NCBI GenBank assembly: GCA_951406725.2
Contig: OX597830.1
Coordinates: 62,868,001-62,932,000 of the forward strand
Length of the DNA: 64,000 bases
DNA from: Octopus vulgaris
Lineage: Eukaryota
Direction: 5' to 3'
The position numbers and the translations under genes are program-made. The notes under the pieces were generated by a model. The model did no database searches. It saw only the letters and a list, made by a program, of their open reading frames with translations, and was not told the origin of the DNA. Positions 11,524 through 24,846 of this stretch are shown here, piece by piece (the first letter of the stretch is position 1; each line of letters opens with the position of its first letter).

Positions 11524-11934
11524 GGATCTTTTCGGTTTGACCGGCAGTTTTTAAAAATAATTTCCACGTAACTAAACACTTTTAAACTTCGTATACTGGT
11601 AGAATGTGTTTATAAAACATCTTTTTCTCTTGGCTTTATTGAGAAAATTCTATAGTTTGTAAGATATTTGTTGTTTTTTTTCTTCAATTTCTGCAATTTC
11701 AACCAATCAATGATGTCTATTGAGGTGAAAACATTATGTACCGTATGAATATGTCCCCTCGTTTTAGAAAGAGATTGGGTTTATTTACATTTCTGAAGAA
11801 AAAAAGATACCCTTCCCCCCACCCCTAACCCTAAAACAGATTGAAATGCAATAGATCGATACTAAGGTCATAATTATGGGTGACAATTTCATATCACACC
11901 GCTAGAAAAAACTGTCGGTCAAACCGAAAGATCC
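11524..11934. mobile_element. Merlin-like MITE (~410 bp)
   Basis: GGATCTTTTCGGTTTGACCGGCAG...CTGTCGGTCAAACCGAAAGATCC, perfect 8-bp TSD tgttttcc, internal ccctaaccctaa. Confidence 0.9.
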
Positions 11935-12099
11935 TGTTTTCCTTCTCCTCCCGGAAGTCCCTTTTCTTTTGCTGCTGACCAACTTCCCAGTTAGCTCGCA
12001 GAGAAGTTTCTGTCTACAGTTCGTCTGTCATGAATCCTGTCCTACAATGGCAATGATTTTTATTGGCCACAAGGGCGCTTGATATTGAGGACAATAAAG

Positions 12100-12360
12100 A
12101 ATGTCCGTTCGTTATGACGACGAGAGTTCCAGTTGATCTGATCAACGGAAAGGTCTACTCGTGAAGTTAACGTGCGACAGAGAATGTGACAAAGCCGGCT
12201 CCTTTGAATTACAAGTACATCTCATTTTTACAAGCTGAATGAACTGGAGCAATTTGAAATAAAGTGTCTTGCTCAAGGACACAGCGCGACCCTGGGAATC
12301 GAACTCACGACCTTACGATCGTGAACTAATGCCCCCTAATCACTAAGCCACGTGCCTTCA
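12100..12360 (-). mobile_element. tRNA-derived SINE family C
   Basis: Reverse complement of ggcacgtggcttagtgattagggg...cacgatcgtaaggtcgtgagttcgattccc...gtgtccttgagcaagacacttt, homologous to 21192-21545 and 31690-31938. Confidence 0.75.
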
Positions 12361-13361
12361 CATTGAGGACAATATCAAAGGACGAAATACAGCACAAAAT
12401 GAGAGGTTTGCATCGATCCAATGTTTCCTCACACTTCCCCGACTCCGGGATAAAGTTATAATAGAAGGAAGGGTTTTATGATACTTTTGGGTTATCTTCT
12501 ATTATAATTATTCTGTTGATTCAAGGAGCTGGAAATACGAAGAATGAAGTTCTCAGCCGGAGTAAATTCAATAACCGTTTATTCACAGGTGCTTCGTACA
12601 AGAGGTTTGCTTTCGGTAACCATCTTTACAGTTGTGTGTAGTTAGCCTTCTCTCCCATACACGTGAGGTTCAATAACCTCTGGAGACAATGCATGTGGTA
12701 TCACAGCGGGACAAAAGTCCGCTGTGAGCTCCTGGCTTCGAAACTGGGTTCTTTGTGCCTCGCTTCAAAGTCACAAGTAGAGAAGCATTTGTTTTGGCTA
12801 CACATTTACACCAGGCTGTTTTTTTCCCCCCTCCGCTAACAGATTATATTTCTGGTTTCCTTCTTGTTGGTAATACAAACAAACGTAGACTTTTTTATAT
12901 TGTTTTCCCCGTTAGAATTTTGGTTAATATTGAATATGTATGTCATATGTAATATGTATTTACATTTGAAAATTACATTTATTTCTGTGTACTTTTTACA
13001 AAAATTATAAATATCTGCGATATCTTGTTTACTTCTCGATTGTGCCTTTATTTATGTTAGTTGCTGTGTTTGTGCATAAATATCTGAAAAAATATTGCGG
13101 CGAAAGAAAAAAAAAATATTTGTATGGTGAATTAGTCATTTTTTCCACCAACAGGGAAAAAATTCCAGCTGTAGTCAAACTTACATCTCTCTGTGAGTAT
13201 AATGTGCTCGATCACACGAGAGACCATTATGAGATATTTGCCGATTTAGGTTCGAATCTACTCTATGCCTAAGCGAAGTCACTACAGGTATATTGGGCTT
13301 CGTATATTTGTACCCCAGTGTCACTTTGATGGCATGCGTTGCTCTCTCACTCAATAATTAT

Positions 13362-13530
13362 AATTGACCCCAATGCTCCAACGACAACAGAGGCAATCTT
13401 TATGTTTGACTCTCGTAGCTTCCACATCTTGACAATCTCAATTCTCAGGTCTCCATGTTTATCAATCTTTTTTCTTTTTCATGATAATATGATGATCTCC
13501 TGGCACTGCCACATCAATTATTAGGTACTC
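13362..13530 (-). mobile_element. R4/Dong-like LINE endonuclease fragment
   Basis: Minus strand IIDVAVPGDHHII...DKHGDLRIEIVKMWK...IASVVVGALGS (RLE motif, frameshifted). Confidence 0.7.
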
Positions 13531-13704
13531 TTGTGATGTCGAACGTGCGTTGTCTTCATCTCGTGTTTCTGCGGTTGTAATCGACTTTTTGCGACATGTT
13601 TCAAACTTCGGCACACGGAGGGCAATTTTGAAAGGAAAGCGTTGGTCCATTCCGTCGACCCTTTTACTTAATTAGTACTTTAATTTGTCGACTTCGAAAG
13701 GATG

Positions 13705-14264
13705 TGTGGCAGTGATTCGAAACTGAACTGCTAGATAACCGGTCAGGCTTCACGACCGAACCAGAATAGTGTCACGTGATCGGTCTATTAAGGAACCAAT
13801 CAGCGTCAAGCCATCGCATGATTCAGTCTTTTAGATTCTTCTATTTTGTGCCCTATAAAAGACCACTTTTGGCGGCAATTAATTTCAGAATGTTGAGCGA
13901 TTTGTCTGAATTCTTTTCGCACCAGACGGCAAGCATTTTTAATAGCCAGACGACCGAGGAAGGTAGCTAACACAGATGGCGTAGATAGACGACAGGAAAC
14001 TTTGTCGTCACGAATATAGCACAAATACTTCTTGCTGTATCAATAGCTTGCCATAAACTCCAAGCAGTCTCTCCTCTCTCTCCCAGCATGCCATTATTGA
14101 TGTTGTTATGAGGCCAACACAGTCTTTATGTACGATAATAAAATCTGTTAAATGTTCGCAGTTTCTTCAATTACTTCTACACCCAGCTTAAGAAACATTT
14201 TCAGTCATCAACTCAATCACAGTCGCCATTACAGACCAGACCAAACAATCTTCATCCCGCGACA
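13705..14264 (+). mobile_element. Solo LTR inserted in a family-B SINE
   Basis: TG...CA ends (tgtggc / gcgaca), 4-bp TSD gatg, internal TATAAAA (~13854) and AATAAA (~14137). The SINE resumes as gatgaaaggcgaag. Confidence 0.75.
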
Positions 14265-14869
14265 GATGAAAGGCGAAGCTGACTGCCACAGGATTTGAAC
14301 TTAGTACGTAAAGATCTGGACGAAATACCGCAAAGTATTTTGTCTGGCGCTCAAACATAGTATTTAAATTCTCCAAAGGAAGCTTCTATGGCTGTGTCAA
14401 GAGAAATGGCGAAGTAAGATAATGGTTTTTTTTTTCAAAAAATAAGTATTATCTTACAAATTGTATAAACACATTTGGCTGCATGTTTATAAGATTTATC
14501 TGTACAAACACATACGTATCGTACATAGATGCATACGTATAAAAACACGCACATATACGTACATACATACAAGGAGACGTTGTTAAAAGTACATTTGGTA
14601 GGCAGTATGTATAGACCCAGACAGAACGAGGGGAAGGTAGAAGGGAGGAGGAAATAAAGAGAGAGGGGGGGGACGGAGAAAGCAAGAGAGACGGGGAAGG
14701 AGGAGAAAGGAAGAGAGATATAGAAGCAGTGAAAGATTCCGTTTGTGTTTGAATGGGAGAATAGAGAAAGATATACATCATGGACATATATGAATGTATT
14801 CAGTCACAAATACATCACCACATATAGTGTATGGACATAGACACGTACACGTATACATACAGTATACCC

Positions 14870-15170
14870 TTTTTACTTGTTTCAGTCATTTTACTGTTGG
14901 CCATGCTGGAGCACCGCCTTTAGTCGAGCAAATCGACCCCAGGACTTATTCTTTGTAAGCCTAGTAACCGCTAAGTTACGGGGACGTAAACACATCAGCA
15001 TCAGAAACACACACATACACATATATACGACGGGTTTCTTTCAGTTTCCGTTTACCAAATCCACTCACAAGACTTTGGTCGGCCCGAGGCTATAGAAGAA
15101 GGCACTTGCCCAAGGTCCTACACTGCTAAACCCGGAACCATGTGGTTCTTACCACACAGCCACTCCTGCA
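14870..15170 (-). mobile_element. tRNA-derived CORE-type SINE family A
   Basis: Reverse complement of the gcaggagtggctgtgtggtaag...ccttgggcaagt...gactgaaacaagtaaaa consensus. Confidence 0.8.
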
Positions 15171-15281
15171 CATATGTATATATATGTGTGTGTGTCTATA
15201 CTGAAGCTTGTTAATAACAAGCTTCTAAACACATAGCAAGTATTTCATAGTCGAAAAGACTTACCTCCAAGAATATATATA

Positions 15282-16705
15282 TATTAAGAAATGCAAGGTG
15301 GATGTAACAAGACCATTACGGATCCTCTTCTGGAGCTTCCTTGGTACTGAAAAACTCCCCAGAAAGATAAAGGAAGGCATAATATGTCCTATCCATAACG
15401 GCTGCTAAAAATTACGGGCCTGTCTCTTTAATCTTACATCTCATCAAAGTCATGGGACGCATTGTCAGGAGGAAGCTGACCACGTTCCTAAATGATACTG
15501 ACTCGTTCCTTGACACACATAGCTTCTGTAGCATAATGACTGGCTTTTGAAACAACTAATGAATCATTCAAATGCGGATGTGATAAATTTCGATTTTGCA
15601 AAGGCCTTTGATAAGGTTGATTATTGGATGATATATCACAAGCTATGGAGACTCGACATAGTCGGGAAACTAGAAGAGTAGTTCCATGACTTCTTAAAAG
15701 ACATAAGCCAGGCTGTGACAGCCAAACGGAGCCTCCTTGAAGGAGATAGCTATAGCGAGTAGAGTGTATCAGGGAACTGTCTTGGAGCCGCTGCTGTTTT
15801 TGGTAGCTCTTTCAGACATGCCACCAGTGACACAGAGAGCCAAACTTACTAGCTATACCAACAACACAAAAATAGTATAAGCGTTAAGGAACCTTTCGAT
15901 AGAAAGATCTAGACGCCATATATAAATTGGCTGAGGAAAACAACATGCAATTTAATTCAGGAAAATTCTAAGTCCTTCGCTATCAGCGAGTTTGTGCTAA
16001 CATGCCGCAGCAAAGATCCTTTGGGCTAAAAGGAGTGGCAACCCCAGAGTCAAGTACAGTGCGTGATTTGGGGATTGATATGAGCAACAACCCCTCGTTT
16101 CACGTGCATATCACTAAAACGGTGACAATGTGCACACAAGTAACCGGATGGATTCTGAGAACTTTCATAGTAAGAGACCAAGAAACTATGGTGGTTCTGT
16201 GGAGGACATTTGTACTCAACTGTCTGGACTACTGCTCTCAACTGTGGTCGTCCTACACTGCTAAATTGATAGCGAAACTTGAGGCAGTTCGGCGGTGCTA
16301 CACCAGGAAGCATCAGTGGAACAGCTGAGTTTCTGAGAGAGGCTGAAGGAGTTACGACTCTACCCTCTGGAGCGAAAACGAGAGAGATATTCAGCTATTC
16401 AGTGATATACATATGGAAGATATTATAGGAGTTAGCGAAATACTTTGACATCGAGAGCTATACTGACCCCCGAACTGGAGTCACTGTACTATTCTAAAAG
16501 TCTCACCTCACCCATCTAGAGTGCGATTCAAAAGCCCACGGTTATTTAACATCTTGCTTAAACATCTGAGAGATCTTCATGTAGAAGAGGTAGATATTTT
16601 CAAGAAACAACTTGACCGCCTGTTGTTCTGGTCCAGATGAACCTACATCACAGCAAGAAACCCAAAAGAGGGCAGCGATACTGAACTCCCTCCTTCAGCA
16701 AATGT
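15282..16705 (+). mobile_element. Decayed CR1/L2-group LINE ORF2 (reverse transcriptase to 3' end)
   Basis: AKNYGPVSL, FDFAKAFDKVD, QGTVLEPLLF, decayed YADD (YTNNT), VRDLGI, LDYCSQLWS, LYPLERKRER, with multiple stops. Confidence 0.85.
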
Positions 16706-16795
16706 CAATAACAAAACAATAGCCGTTGGAAAGGTGATAACAGTGGCTGTGCTCCAGTATGGCCACAGCCTTTGAGCTGAAACTTATAAAAGAAT

Positions 16796-16845
<50 letters not shown>

Positions 16846-16865
16846 ACACAGACACATATATAAGC

Positions 16866-16978
16866 TCAAGTGTGGCTGTCTGGTAAGAAGCTTGTTTCCC
16901 AATCACATGGTTTCTGGTTCAGTCCCATCGCGTGACAACTTGAGCAACTGTCTTTTTGGAAACTGAAAGAAGCTCGTC

Positions 16979-17020
<42 letters not shown>

Positions 17021-17645
17021 GTGCGTGTATGTGTGTGTTTGTGTGTATGTATGTGTGTGTGTCTTTGTTTCTGTGTTTGTCCTCCACTATTGCCTGACAA
17101 CCGGTGTTGGTGTGTTTATGTGCCCGTAAATTAGCAATTCCGTCAAAGAGACTGTTGTGATGTGGGTGTTTTCCACAGTTGTAATGTGTGGCCACTGTTA
17201 TGACTGTAGCTGTCGTATCTACTCTAGTAGCCATGATATTTTCTTGGTATTGGATACACTGTATCTCCACTATACCAGAATGGTAATACATCACTTCGGC
17301 TGTCGTGCTATCGCTGACAGCTCTGCAAGACACCGACTTTGAATCGTCTACCTTGACTGTCACTCGAACTCGACTATAACACGTAACTGACACTTAACTC
17401 CAACTGAGAACTCGTATAACGACTGTTACACAAGTCGCTGTACTGGTTCACGCCGTCTTTATAGTGGCTGGACCATACCACTTGTCCTGTGGGAGGGGTG
17501 TACTATTTCCACTGCAACAGAGACCCTTAGAATAAGTAAAAAAAAAAACAACATAAGTACTGGGGTAGATTTGTCTGATTAAAATTTTCAAGGCGGTGCC
17601 CCAGCATGGCCGCAATCTAATTCCAGAAACAAGTAAAATAAAAGA
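16866..17645 (+). mobile_element. Family A SINE interrupted by a solo LTR
   Basis: SINE consensus is continuous across the 17153-17519 insertion. Confidence 0.7.
17153..17519. mobile_element. Solo LTR
   Basis: tgttgtg...tgcaaca ends, 5-bp TSD gagac (17148-17152, 17520-17524). Confidence 0.75.
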
Positions 17646-17646
17646 A

Positions 17647-17693
<47 letters not shown>

Positions 17694-17695
<2 letters not shown>

Positions 17696-17868
17696 GGGTT
17701 GGCCAAAAGTCACCTGACAGTATTCAAAACCCATTTTAATTCCAAGATTAAAACATGAGACTTTGCTAATAAATAGACAAATGTTGAAGAAAAAAGCAAA
17801 CAAAAACGGCGAATATTAAGTATTTATGGAATTTTGGTTTACTGTCGAGTGACTTTTGGCCAACCCAG
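17694..17868. mobile_element. Tc1/mariner-type MITE
   Basis: TIRs cagggttggccaaaagtcacctgacagta / tactgtcgagtgacttttggccaacccag, TA flanks. Confidence 0.85.
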
Positions 17869-17878
17869 TATAATGAAT

Positions 17879-17917
<39 letters not shown>

Positions 17918-18204
17918 TGTGTGTGTACAATTATTTTCTCACATCGGCACAAGGCAACATGTTTTGAAGGCGATAATAGTCAATTCACTTGCTCCCCAGT
18001 ACATGACTGATCCTTTTAAAGATCCCAGAAGAATTAAAGGTCAAGTTGACCTTGCAGAACGTTAAAGAGAATTAAAGATCGCCAAAAGGTTTGTTGTCTG
18101 TTATAATCGAGTCTCTCAATTAACCATATTTTTTTTTAGATGATTATGATAACGGTAATGATGATGATATTGATAGTAATGTTACCTTTAATGCTCTGAC
18201 AAAT

Positions 18205-18760
18205 GCAGCGAGCTGGCAGAAACGTTAACACGCCGGGCGAAATGCGTAGCCGTATTTCGTCTGCCGTTACGTTCTGAGTTCAAATTCCGCCGAGGTCCAC
18301 TTTGCCTTTCATCCTTTCGGGGTCGATAAATTAAGTACCAGTTACGCACTGGGGTCGATGTAATCGACTTAATCCGTTTGTCTGTCCTTGTTTGTCCCCT
18401 CTGTGTTTAGCCCCTTGTGGGTAGTAAAGAAATAAGTATCGTTAGCACATCAGAGACTGTTTAGCGGTATTTTATCTGTTTTTACGTTCTGAGTTTAAAT
18501 TCCACCGAGGTCGACTTAGCCTTTCATCTTTTCAGGGGCAGATAAATGAAGTACCAGTTGCGTACTGGGATCGATCTAATCGACTGCCCATCCTCCAAAA
18601 TTTCGGGCCTTGTGCCTAAAGTAGAAAAGAATCGTTAGCACGCCGGAGAGAATGCTTAGCTGTATTTCGTCCGTATTTAGGTTCTGAGAACAAATTTCGC
18701 CAAGGTCTTAATCCCTCTCCCGAAATTGCTGGCCTTGTGCCTTGAATTTGAAACTGATAT
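18205..18760 (+). mobile_element. Tandem cluster of family B SINE copies
   Basis: Three successive cgtta(g/a)cac...gttctgag...gaggtc units. Confidence 0.75.
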
Positions 18761-19596
18761 TAAAACTCTGACATGATGTTGGTTTCAGCATTTCTTCCTC
18801 CTTCTCTACACTCCAAGTTGATGAAGTACAAAGTACAAACTAGCTATTTTACTGGGTCATCCCATAAACATTGTAGTTTTTTTATACTTCTTTAATTTTT
18901 CAAAATTAAGATAAACAAAGCACTTTTTTAAAAATCTAAAATATACTCTCCTTCGTTTTCTACAATGCTCTTCCAACTGGTAGACTTGCAAGGCACCTTT
19001 TCCAAAATTCATTTGTCCGCGACGAAAAGTTCTCCTCCAGTACTGTTCTGACCTCGTCCACAGGATTCATATTTTTGTCCTCCAAATTATTTTGAAGACT
19101 GCGAAATAAATGATAATCAGATGGGGCAATGTCCGGCGAATATATTGGTTGGGGTATCGTTTCACATTGAAACTGCTCCAGCCTTTGGAATGTCATCCTC
19201 GCTGTATGTGGCCGAGGATTATCCTGATGGAAGAATACCTTTCGTCTTGAAACCAAAGATGGTCGTTTTTCTTATAGCGCTAACTTGAATGGCTGGTTGA
19301 ATGACCAAATCCAAACTTCTCTGCTAGTTCCTCAACAGTTATGATGGGATTTTGTTCCACAGTTACGATGGGATTACGTCCTCATCGAGCTCTACAGATC
19401 TTCCGGGACGAGGCTCGTCTCCTCGACCCTAGTTTCCGGCTCAGAATTTCTGGAATCAGCGTTGATCCTGGTTTACGCTTATAGTCCGATATCCATATAC
19501 TGCATTAATATTCCTCCACTTTCCGTTGCGTTGTTGCCTTTATCGAACGCATAAAGCAAGATATGCCGAATATGCTCCTTTGTCACTTCCATTATA

Positions 19597-20883
19597 TTAG
19601 GTCATCCCATAGGTTCTGTCCGAATTTTGAATAAAGAAAACATGTGATCAAATTTTATATTTAATTGAAATTTAATCATTAATGTACTTTTTCTGATTAT
19701 CTATGACTTCCTTCCATCTATTTACAAGCTTTTTAATCCCATCAATGTAAAACTCTTTTGGTTTCAAAACGAAGAACTCTGAAATGTCAGTTTCGACCGC
19801 CTCCTGGCTTGCGAAAGTTGTGCCGCAAATGATTCCGTAAACTACGAAACAAATGGTAGTCTGAAGGAGCAAGGTCAGGAGAATAAGGTGGATGAGGAAT
19901 TTTCCCCCAACCAAGCTCTTCGATCTTCTGTGATGTGATCTTTGCAGTGTGGGGTCGCGCATTGTCCTGATGAAACATCACTCCTTTTCGATTCACTAAA
20001 GCGGATCTTTTTTTCCCTTCAAAGCTTGGTTCAAACGTTCTAATTTCTGACAGTAGATTTGAGCATTGATTGTTGCATTAGGTGGTAACAATTCAAAGTG
20101 AATTATTCCTCTGCAATCCCACCAGATAGAGAAAACCTTTTTCCCTATGAAGTTCCTTTCTTGGTTGTGGTTGAACCTTATCCCTTTTACCAAGGCACTG
20201 TTTACGACGCTTAACATTTCGATAGAAGATCCATTTTTCGTCACCAGTCACAAGTCTATCCATAAAGGGTGAAATGAGTTCGCGAGAATGGAGAGAATGG
20301 CAGATGTCAACTCGGGATTTGCGGTTGTTTTCGGACAATTCATGAAGCACCCATTTCCCAAGTTTAGGAACCTTTCCAAGTTGTTGAAGATGTCGATGAA
20401 CAGTTGTATGGTTTGAACTAAGCTTTATTGCCAATTCTTCAACTGATAATGTAGGATTTTCTTCAAGTAATGCCCCAAGGAGCTTATCATCAAACTCAAC
20501 TGGACGTCCTGTTCGATCTTCATCTTCAAGGCTGAAATCTCCACTTCTGAATTTTACAAACCATCTTCTGCAAGTTCTTTCATTCAAGAATTCTTTCCCA
20601 TAAACTGAGTATATGTTTCGAGTCGCTTCGGCTGCAGAGTTTCCTTTTTTGTACTTATAAAGCATTATATGCCTCAAATGCTTTTGGATACTTTCACGTT
20701 AGAAAGGGTTTTAATCAAAGAAGTTTTAATTCTATTATTCTGTAAAATGATATTTAATTAGTTTAAATGTACACGAATGCATAAAAATAATTTAAAATTT
20801 CATTAGACATTCTAAAATACTATTAAATTTCATTCAATTTTAAACAAAAGGTAAAATCGGACAGAACTTATGGGATGACGTGA
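19597..20883 (-). mobile_element. Full-length (1287 bp) mariner element
   Basis: TA|ttaggtcatcccataggttctgtccga...tcggacagaacttatgggatgacgtga|TA. Confidence 0.92.
19672..20697 (-). pseudogene. Frameshifted mariner (DD34D) transposase
   Basis: HTH region, GKWVLHEL, VTGDEKW, HQDNARPH, HPPYSPDLAPSDYHLF spread over four overlapping ORFs. Confidence 0.9.
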
Positions 20884-21191
20884 TAGCTTCGAAAAAATAA
20901 CTGTTAGAATCGAACTGCACTCTTCAAAACTTGCACCAAGAATAAGTACAAGGTAAAATTACTACCTGCTTTTATAGCAAGTTGATGTAGGTGGTTTATC
21001 CCGTCCCCTGCAACTTTTAGTTTACACAATTGAAGAAACCGCATAGTTCACGGGATGACCCAATATATTGATCGTATGCTTCTCTACAAATTGCAGAGTT
21101 GTGACTATATAAGAAATCATGATCACTATAGTCATTATTATCATCAACATCGTCACCGTCGTGGTGGTGGCTTCTGTTAATATAGAGAGAA

Positions 21192-21545
21192 AGCGCGTCG
21201 CTAAGTGGTTAAAGTATTCAGCTCACGATCGGAAGGTCGTGAGTTCGATTCCCAGCGGCGAATTTTGTCCTTGAGGAAAACACTTTATTCCACGTTGTTT
21301 CAGTCCACTCACCTGGTAACAATGAGCAGTGCCTGCATTTCAAAGGGCCAGAGCCTTGTCACATTCTGTGTCACGTTGAATCTCCTTACGAACTATGTTA
21401 AGGGAGTGCTCAGCCACGTCTGTGGAGTGCTCAGCCACGTCTGTGGAGTGCTCAGCCACGTGCATCTACATTCCACGGGCATGCTCTTCCGTCGATCAGA
21501 TCAACTGGAACCCTCGTCGTCGTAGCTGACGGGCTGCCAGTTTTA
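21192..21545 (+). mobile_element. Family C SINE with an internal 21-bp tandem triplication
   Basis: gcgcgtcgctaagtggttaaag...gagttcgattccc, with (ggagtgctcagccacgtctgt) x~3 at 21403-21461. Confidence 0.75.
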
Positions 21546-21572
21546 TTTAAAAAAAAAAAAACAGAAATTAGT

Positions 21573-21741
21573 GGCATAGGTGCAGATGTGGTTGCATGGT
21601 AAGTAGCTTGCTTACCAATCACATGGTTCTGGGTTCAGTCCCACTGCGTGGCACCTTGGGCAAGTGTCTTCTACTATAGCCTCGGGCCGACCAAAGCCTT
21701 GTGAGTGGATTTGGTAGACGGAAACTGAAAGAAGTCTGTCG

Positions 21742-21836
<95 letters not shown>

Positions 21837-22047
21837 GTATGTGTTGTATATGTTTGTCCCCCAATATCGCTTCACAACCGATGCTGGTGTGTTTACGTCC
21901 CCGTAACTTAGAGGTTCAGCAAAAAAGACCAATAGAATAGGTACCAAGCTTACAAAGAATAAGTCCTGGGGTCGATTTGCTCGACTAAAGGCGGTGCTCC
22001 AGCATGGCCGCAGTCAAATGATTGAAACAAGTAAAAGAGTAAAAGAG
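21573..22047 (+). mobile_element. Family A CORE-type SINE, full length
   Basis: tRNA-like head, ccttgggcaagt core, internal (TA)(TG) microsatellite, gtaaaagagtaaaagag tail. Confidence 0.85.
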
Positions 22048-22313
22048 TTCACATGTGAATTCGTGGTATAATAATTTTTGTGTTTGATAGAGGATTCTGT
22101 CGGGAGGATGGGTCAATTCTCTTATGAAATATGAATAACTATAATGTGGACTGAAGCAGAAATGATATGATAATGCCCAGTAAGACATAATTTAAAATTA
22201 CTGTTGAGAACAATCTAACAGAAGTCAGCAGATCTGCTATTTGACTCTCCAAAAGAAGCCAGCCCATTGAGGGCAAAGAAATATTATTTCTCCCAAATTA
22301 CAAAGGAGAAAAA

Positions 22314-23294
22314 TTGTTGAGAGCCTGGATCTGCGGCTTACCACCCGGCGTTGAGCCCGAGTGGATAGAGGATTCTATCCGCCGGGGCCTGGATGGTAGC
22401 AGTTCCAAGCTGCTGGATGTAAAAGTGTTGCCTGCGGCTGATTGGGAGGGATCAAAAGCTGTTTTGACCCTATGGACCCAATCAGCCAAAAGTCTGGTTT
22501 TTCCGGACTTTTTGAGGATGGCCGGGTCCAGGTATCCGGTGATGCTTGAGGGACGCCCCCCCCCCACCAAGTGTCACCTGTGCCTGAAGACCGGCCACAT
22601 TAAGAAGAACTGCCCCAGGGACCAAAGTAGGATCCTGGAGCAGGAAAAAGAGAAAGTGCACGCCGCCCCTTCATTGGAGGGGGAGACGTTGAAAGTCGTG
22701 GAGGAAGCTGCCTCCACGAAAAGGAAAAGAACGGTGAGCAACAATGGTTGCTCACCAAAGAACGTACAGGCGGAGGAGGAGGATAGCGACCCCCCACGTC
22801 TGCCGACAGAGCCCCCTGGGCTCGCAGCCTCAAAAAGAAAGAGGAAAAAGAGGAACAGAGGACGGGCGGCGAGTGTTCCTAGGCCGCCAACGGAGCCGCA
22901 GGTGGGATGTGTGCAACCTGCGGACAGGGCTCCGTCAGTGGGAAGTGTGCCACTGACGGATCAGTGTGAGGTCCCTTCCTGTGAAGAGGAGTTGTTTATC
23001 CTCCTTTACCACAAGGAAGGGAAGGTGGAAAAATGTTTGAATGGCTTGGGTGACCGAGAACGTAAGGACACGGTCGGCTCAAGGAGTCCGTTATGGCCTG
23101 AGCAGGTGGCTGCGGAGGTAGTAACGGAAAATATTTTGTCAAGGGTCGCAGCGACCTTTGACAGGAAAGAATTTTCTCTTTGCAGGCCTCGACTTGTCGT
23201 CGCAGAGTTGTCTGCAGGCGGCAAGTCACTTTGCTTCGGGGACCTGACAGGGAGAATTGTTATGAATTTATGTACTGCCCTTGTGGCAAATTAA
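22314..23294 (+). mobile_element. L1/Tx1-like ORF1 (gag-like, CCHC zinc knuckle) with no adjacent ORF2
   Basis: 326-codon open frame with CHLCLKTGHIKKNC (CX2CX4HX4C) and basic KRKRKKR patches. It is followed directly by two tgcccttgtggcaaattaaatgaaa tails (23276-23300, 23505-23529). Confidence 0.7.
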
Positions 23295-24134
23295 ATGAAA
23301 GAAAGAACTTTGTAAGAGGTTTTAGTGCCTCCTTCGTGTAAGAGGTTTGAAACCTCATATCGATTTTTGAAAATAAAGAAAAAAGAACATTGTCTTAGAG
23401 AAGCGGAAGTCGGCGGGCGCTTTCGTCTTCTCCCATCACCATCTTCATTCCATCACCATCATTCATGAATGTCTATGTCCAGCCCGCAGCTACTATCTGT
23501 GTAATGCCCTTGTGGCAAATTAAATGAAATAAAGTAGTTAAGAAATCTTACTCTTTCGTTACCGTAAAGGAAAAGCTATTTTATTTTATGTTGAAAACAA
23601 TTCTAATCACCCACCAAATAATTTACTCAATTTAGTCTCCAATGTTAGCATACATCAAAATGTTCAACTGCAGATGCTTTTACGAAAATTATTCTGGTGA
23701 TCAAAAGATAGGTGGATAGATCTGATTGATCACGCTTGATGTGAGACTAAAGAACAGCAACAACAATAAATGCTTATAACCTAAGAGAAATCAACGTTAT
23801 AACCTAAGTTACTGATTCTGAAACCTTCGTTGGTCATTTACATTTTTAGTCTCACTATAAACCCATGTTACAATGTGAATATTATCTTGAAGATAGCGCG
23901 TTAGCGCTGATACATACATGCATAAATGTGCACACACACATGTATGTAAGTATGTATACATAAACACACTAATATACATACATACATATATATGTATATA
24001 TAGGGAGAATATATATATATAAACAACGATCTCCTTTACAAGCTGTTTGTATGTGTGTATATACATATGATTCGGCATATATACGTATATGTATAAACAT
24101 AAATATATATATATGTATATATATATGTATATAG

Positions 24135-24177
<43 letters not shown>

Positions 24178-24247
24178 GAAAGAGGTGTTGCACATACGTA
24201 TGTCTGTGTGCATATATATATATATGTATATATACACATATTAATAG

Positions 24248-24462
<215 letters not shown>

Positions 24463-24810
24463 CATACATGCGCACGCGCGCACACATACACTTATATAAC
24501 ATATTTTATCAGTTCAGTGTCTGTGTGTGTATGTATATATATATATATTTATATATACACTGCATACATACAAACCATATCCGTCTGTGTATGAGTGCAT
24601 ATGTACATATTTACAAACGCGTATGCACAGTACCCCCACATACACACGCTTACATACATACACGCACACATACACACATACATACATACATACATACATC
24701 ATACATACATACATACATACATACATACATACATGCATACATGCATACATAATTTCTGTTTATCTCTCTTTCCCTCGGTCTGGTCTCTATCTATCTGTCT
24801 ATCTCTCTCC

Positions 24811-24846
<36 letters not shown>

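Larger units (their letters stand above)
18852..21063 (-). mobile_element. Internally deleted mariner (outer), interrupted by a second mariner
   Basis: TA|ctgggtcatcccat...acgggatgacccaa|TA. Minus-strand MEVTKEHIRHILLYAFDKGNNA from 19592, and HQDNPRPH...YSPDIAPSDYHLFRSL in ORF 18960-19256. Confidence 0.85.

Noticed and set aside
21192-21255. tRNA-like sequences at SINE heads
   Set aside because: A and B boxes are present but continue into SINE bodies with no acceptor stem, so these are not tRNA genes.
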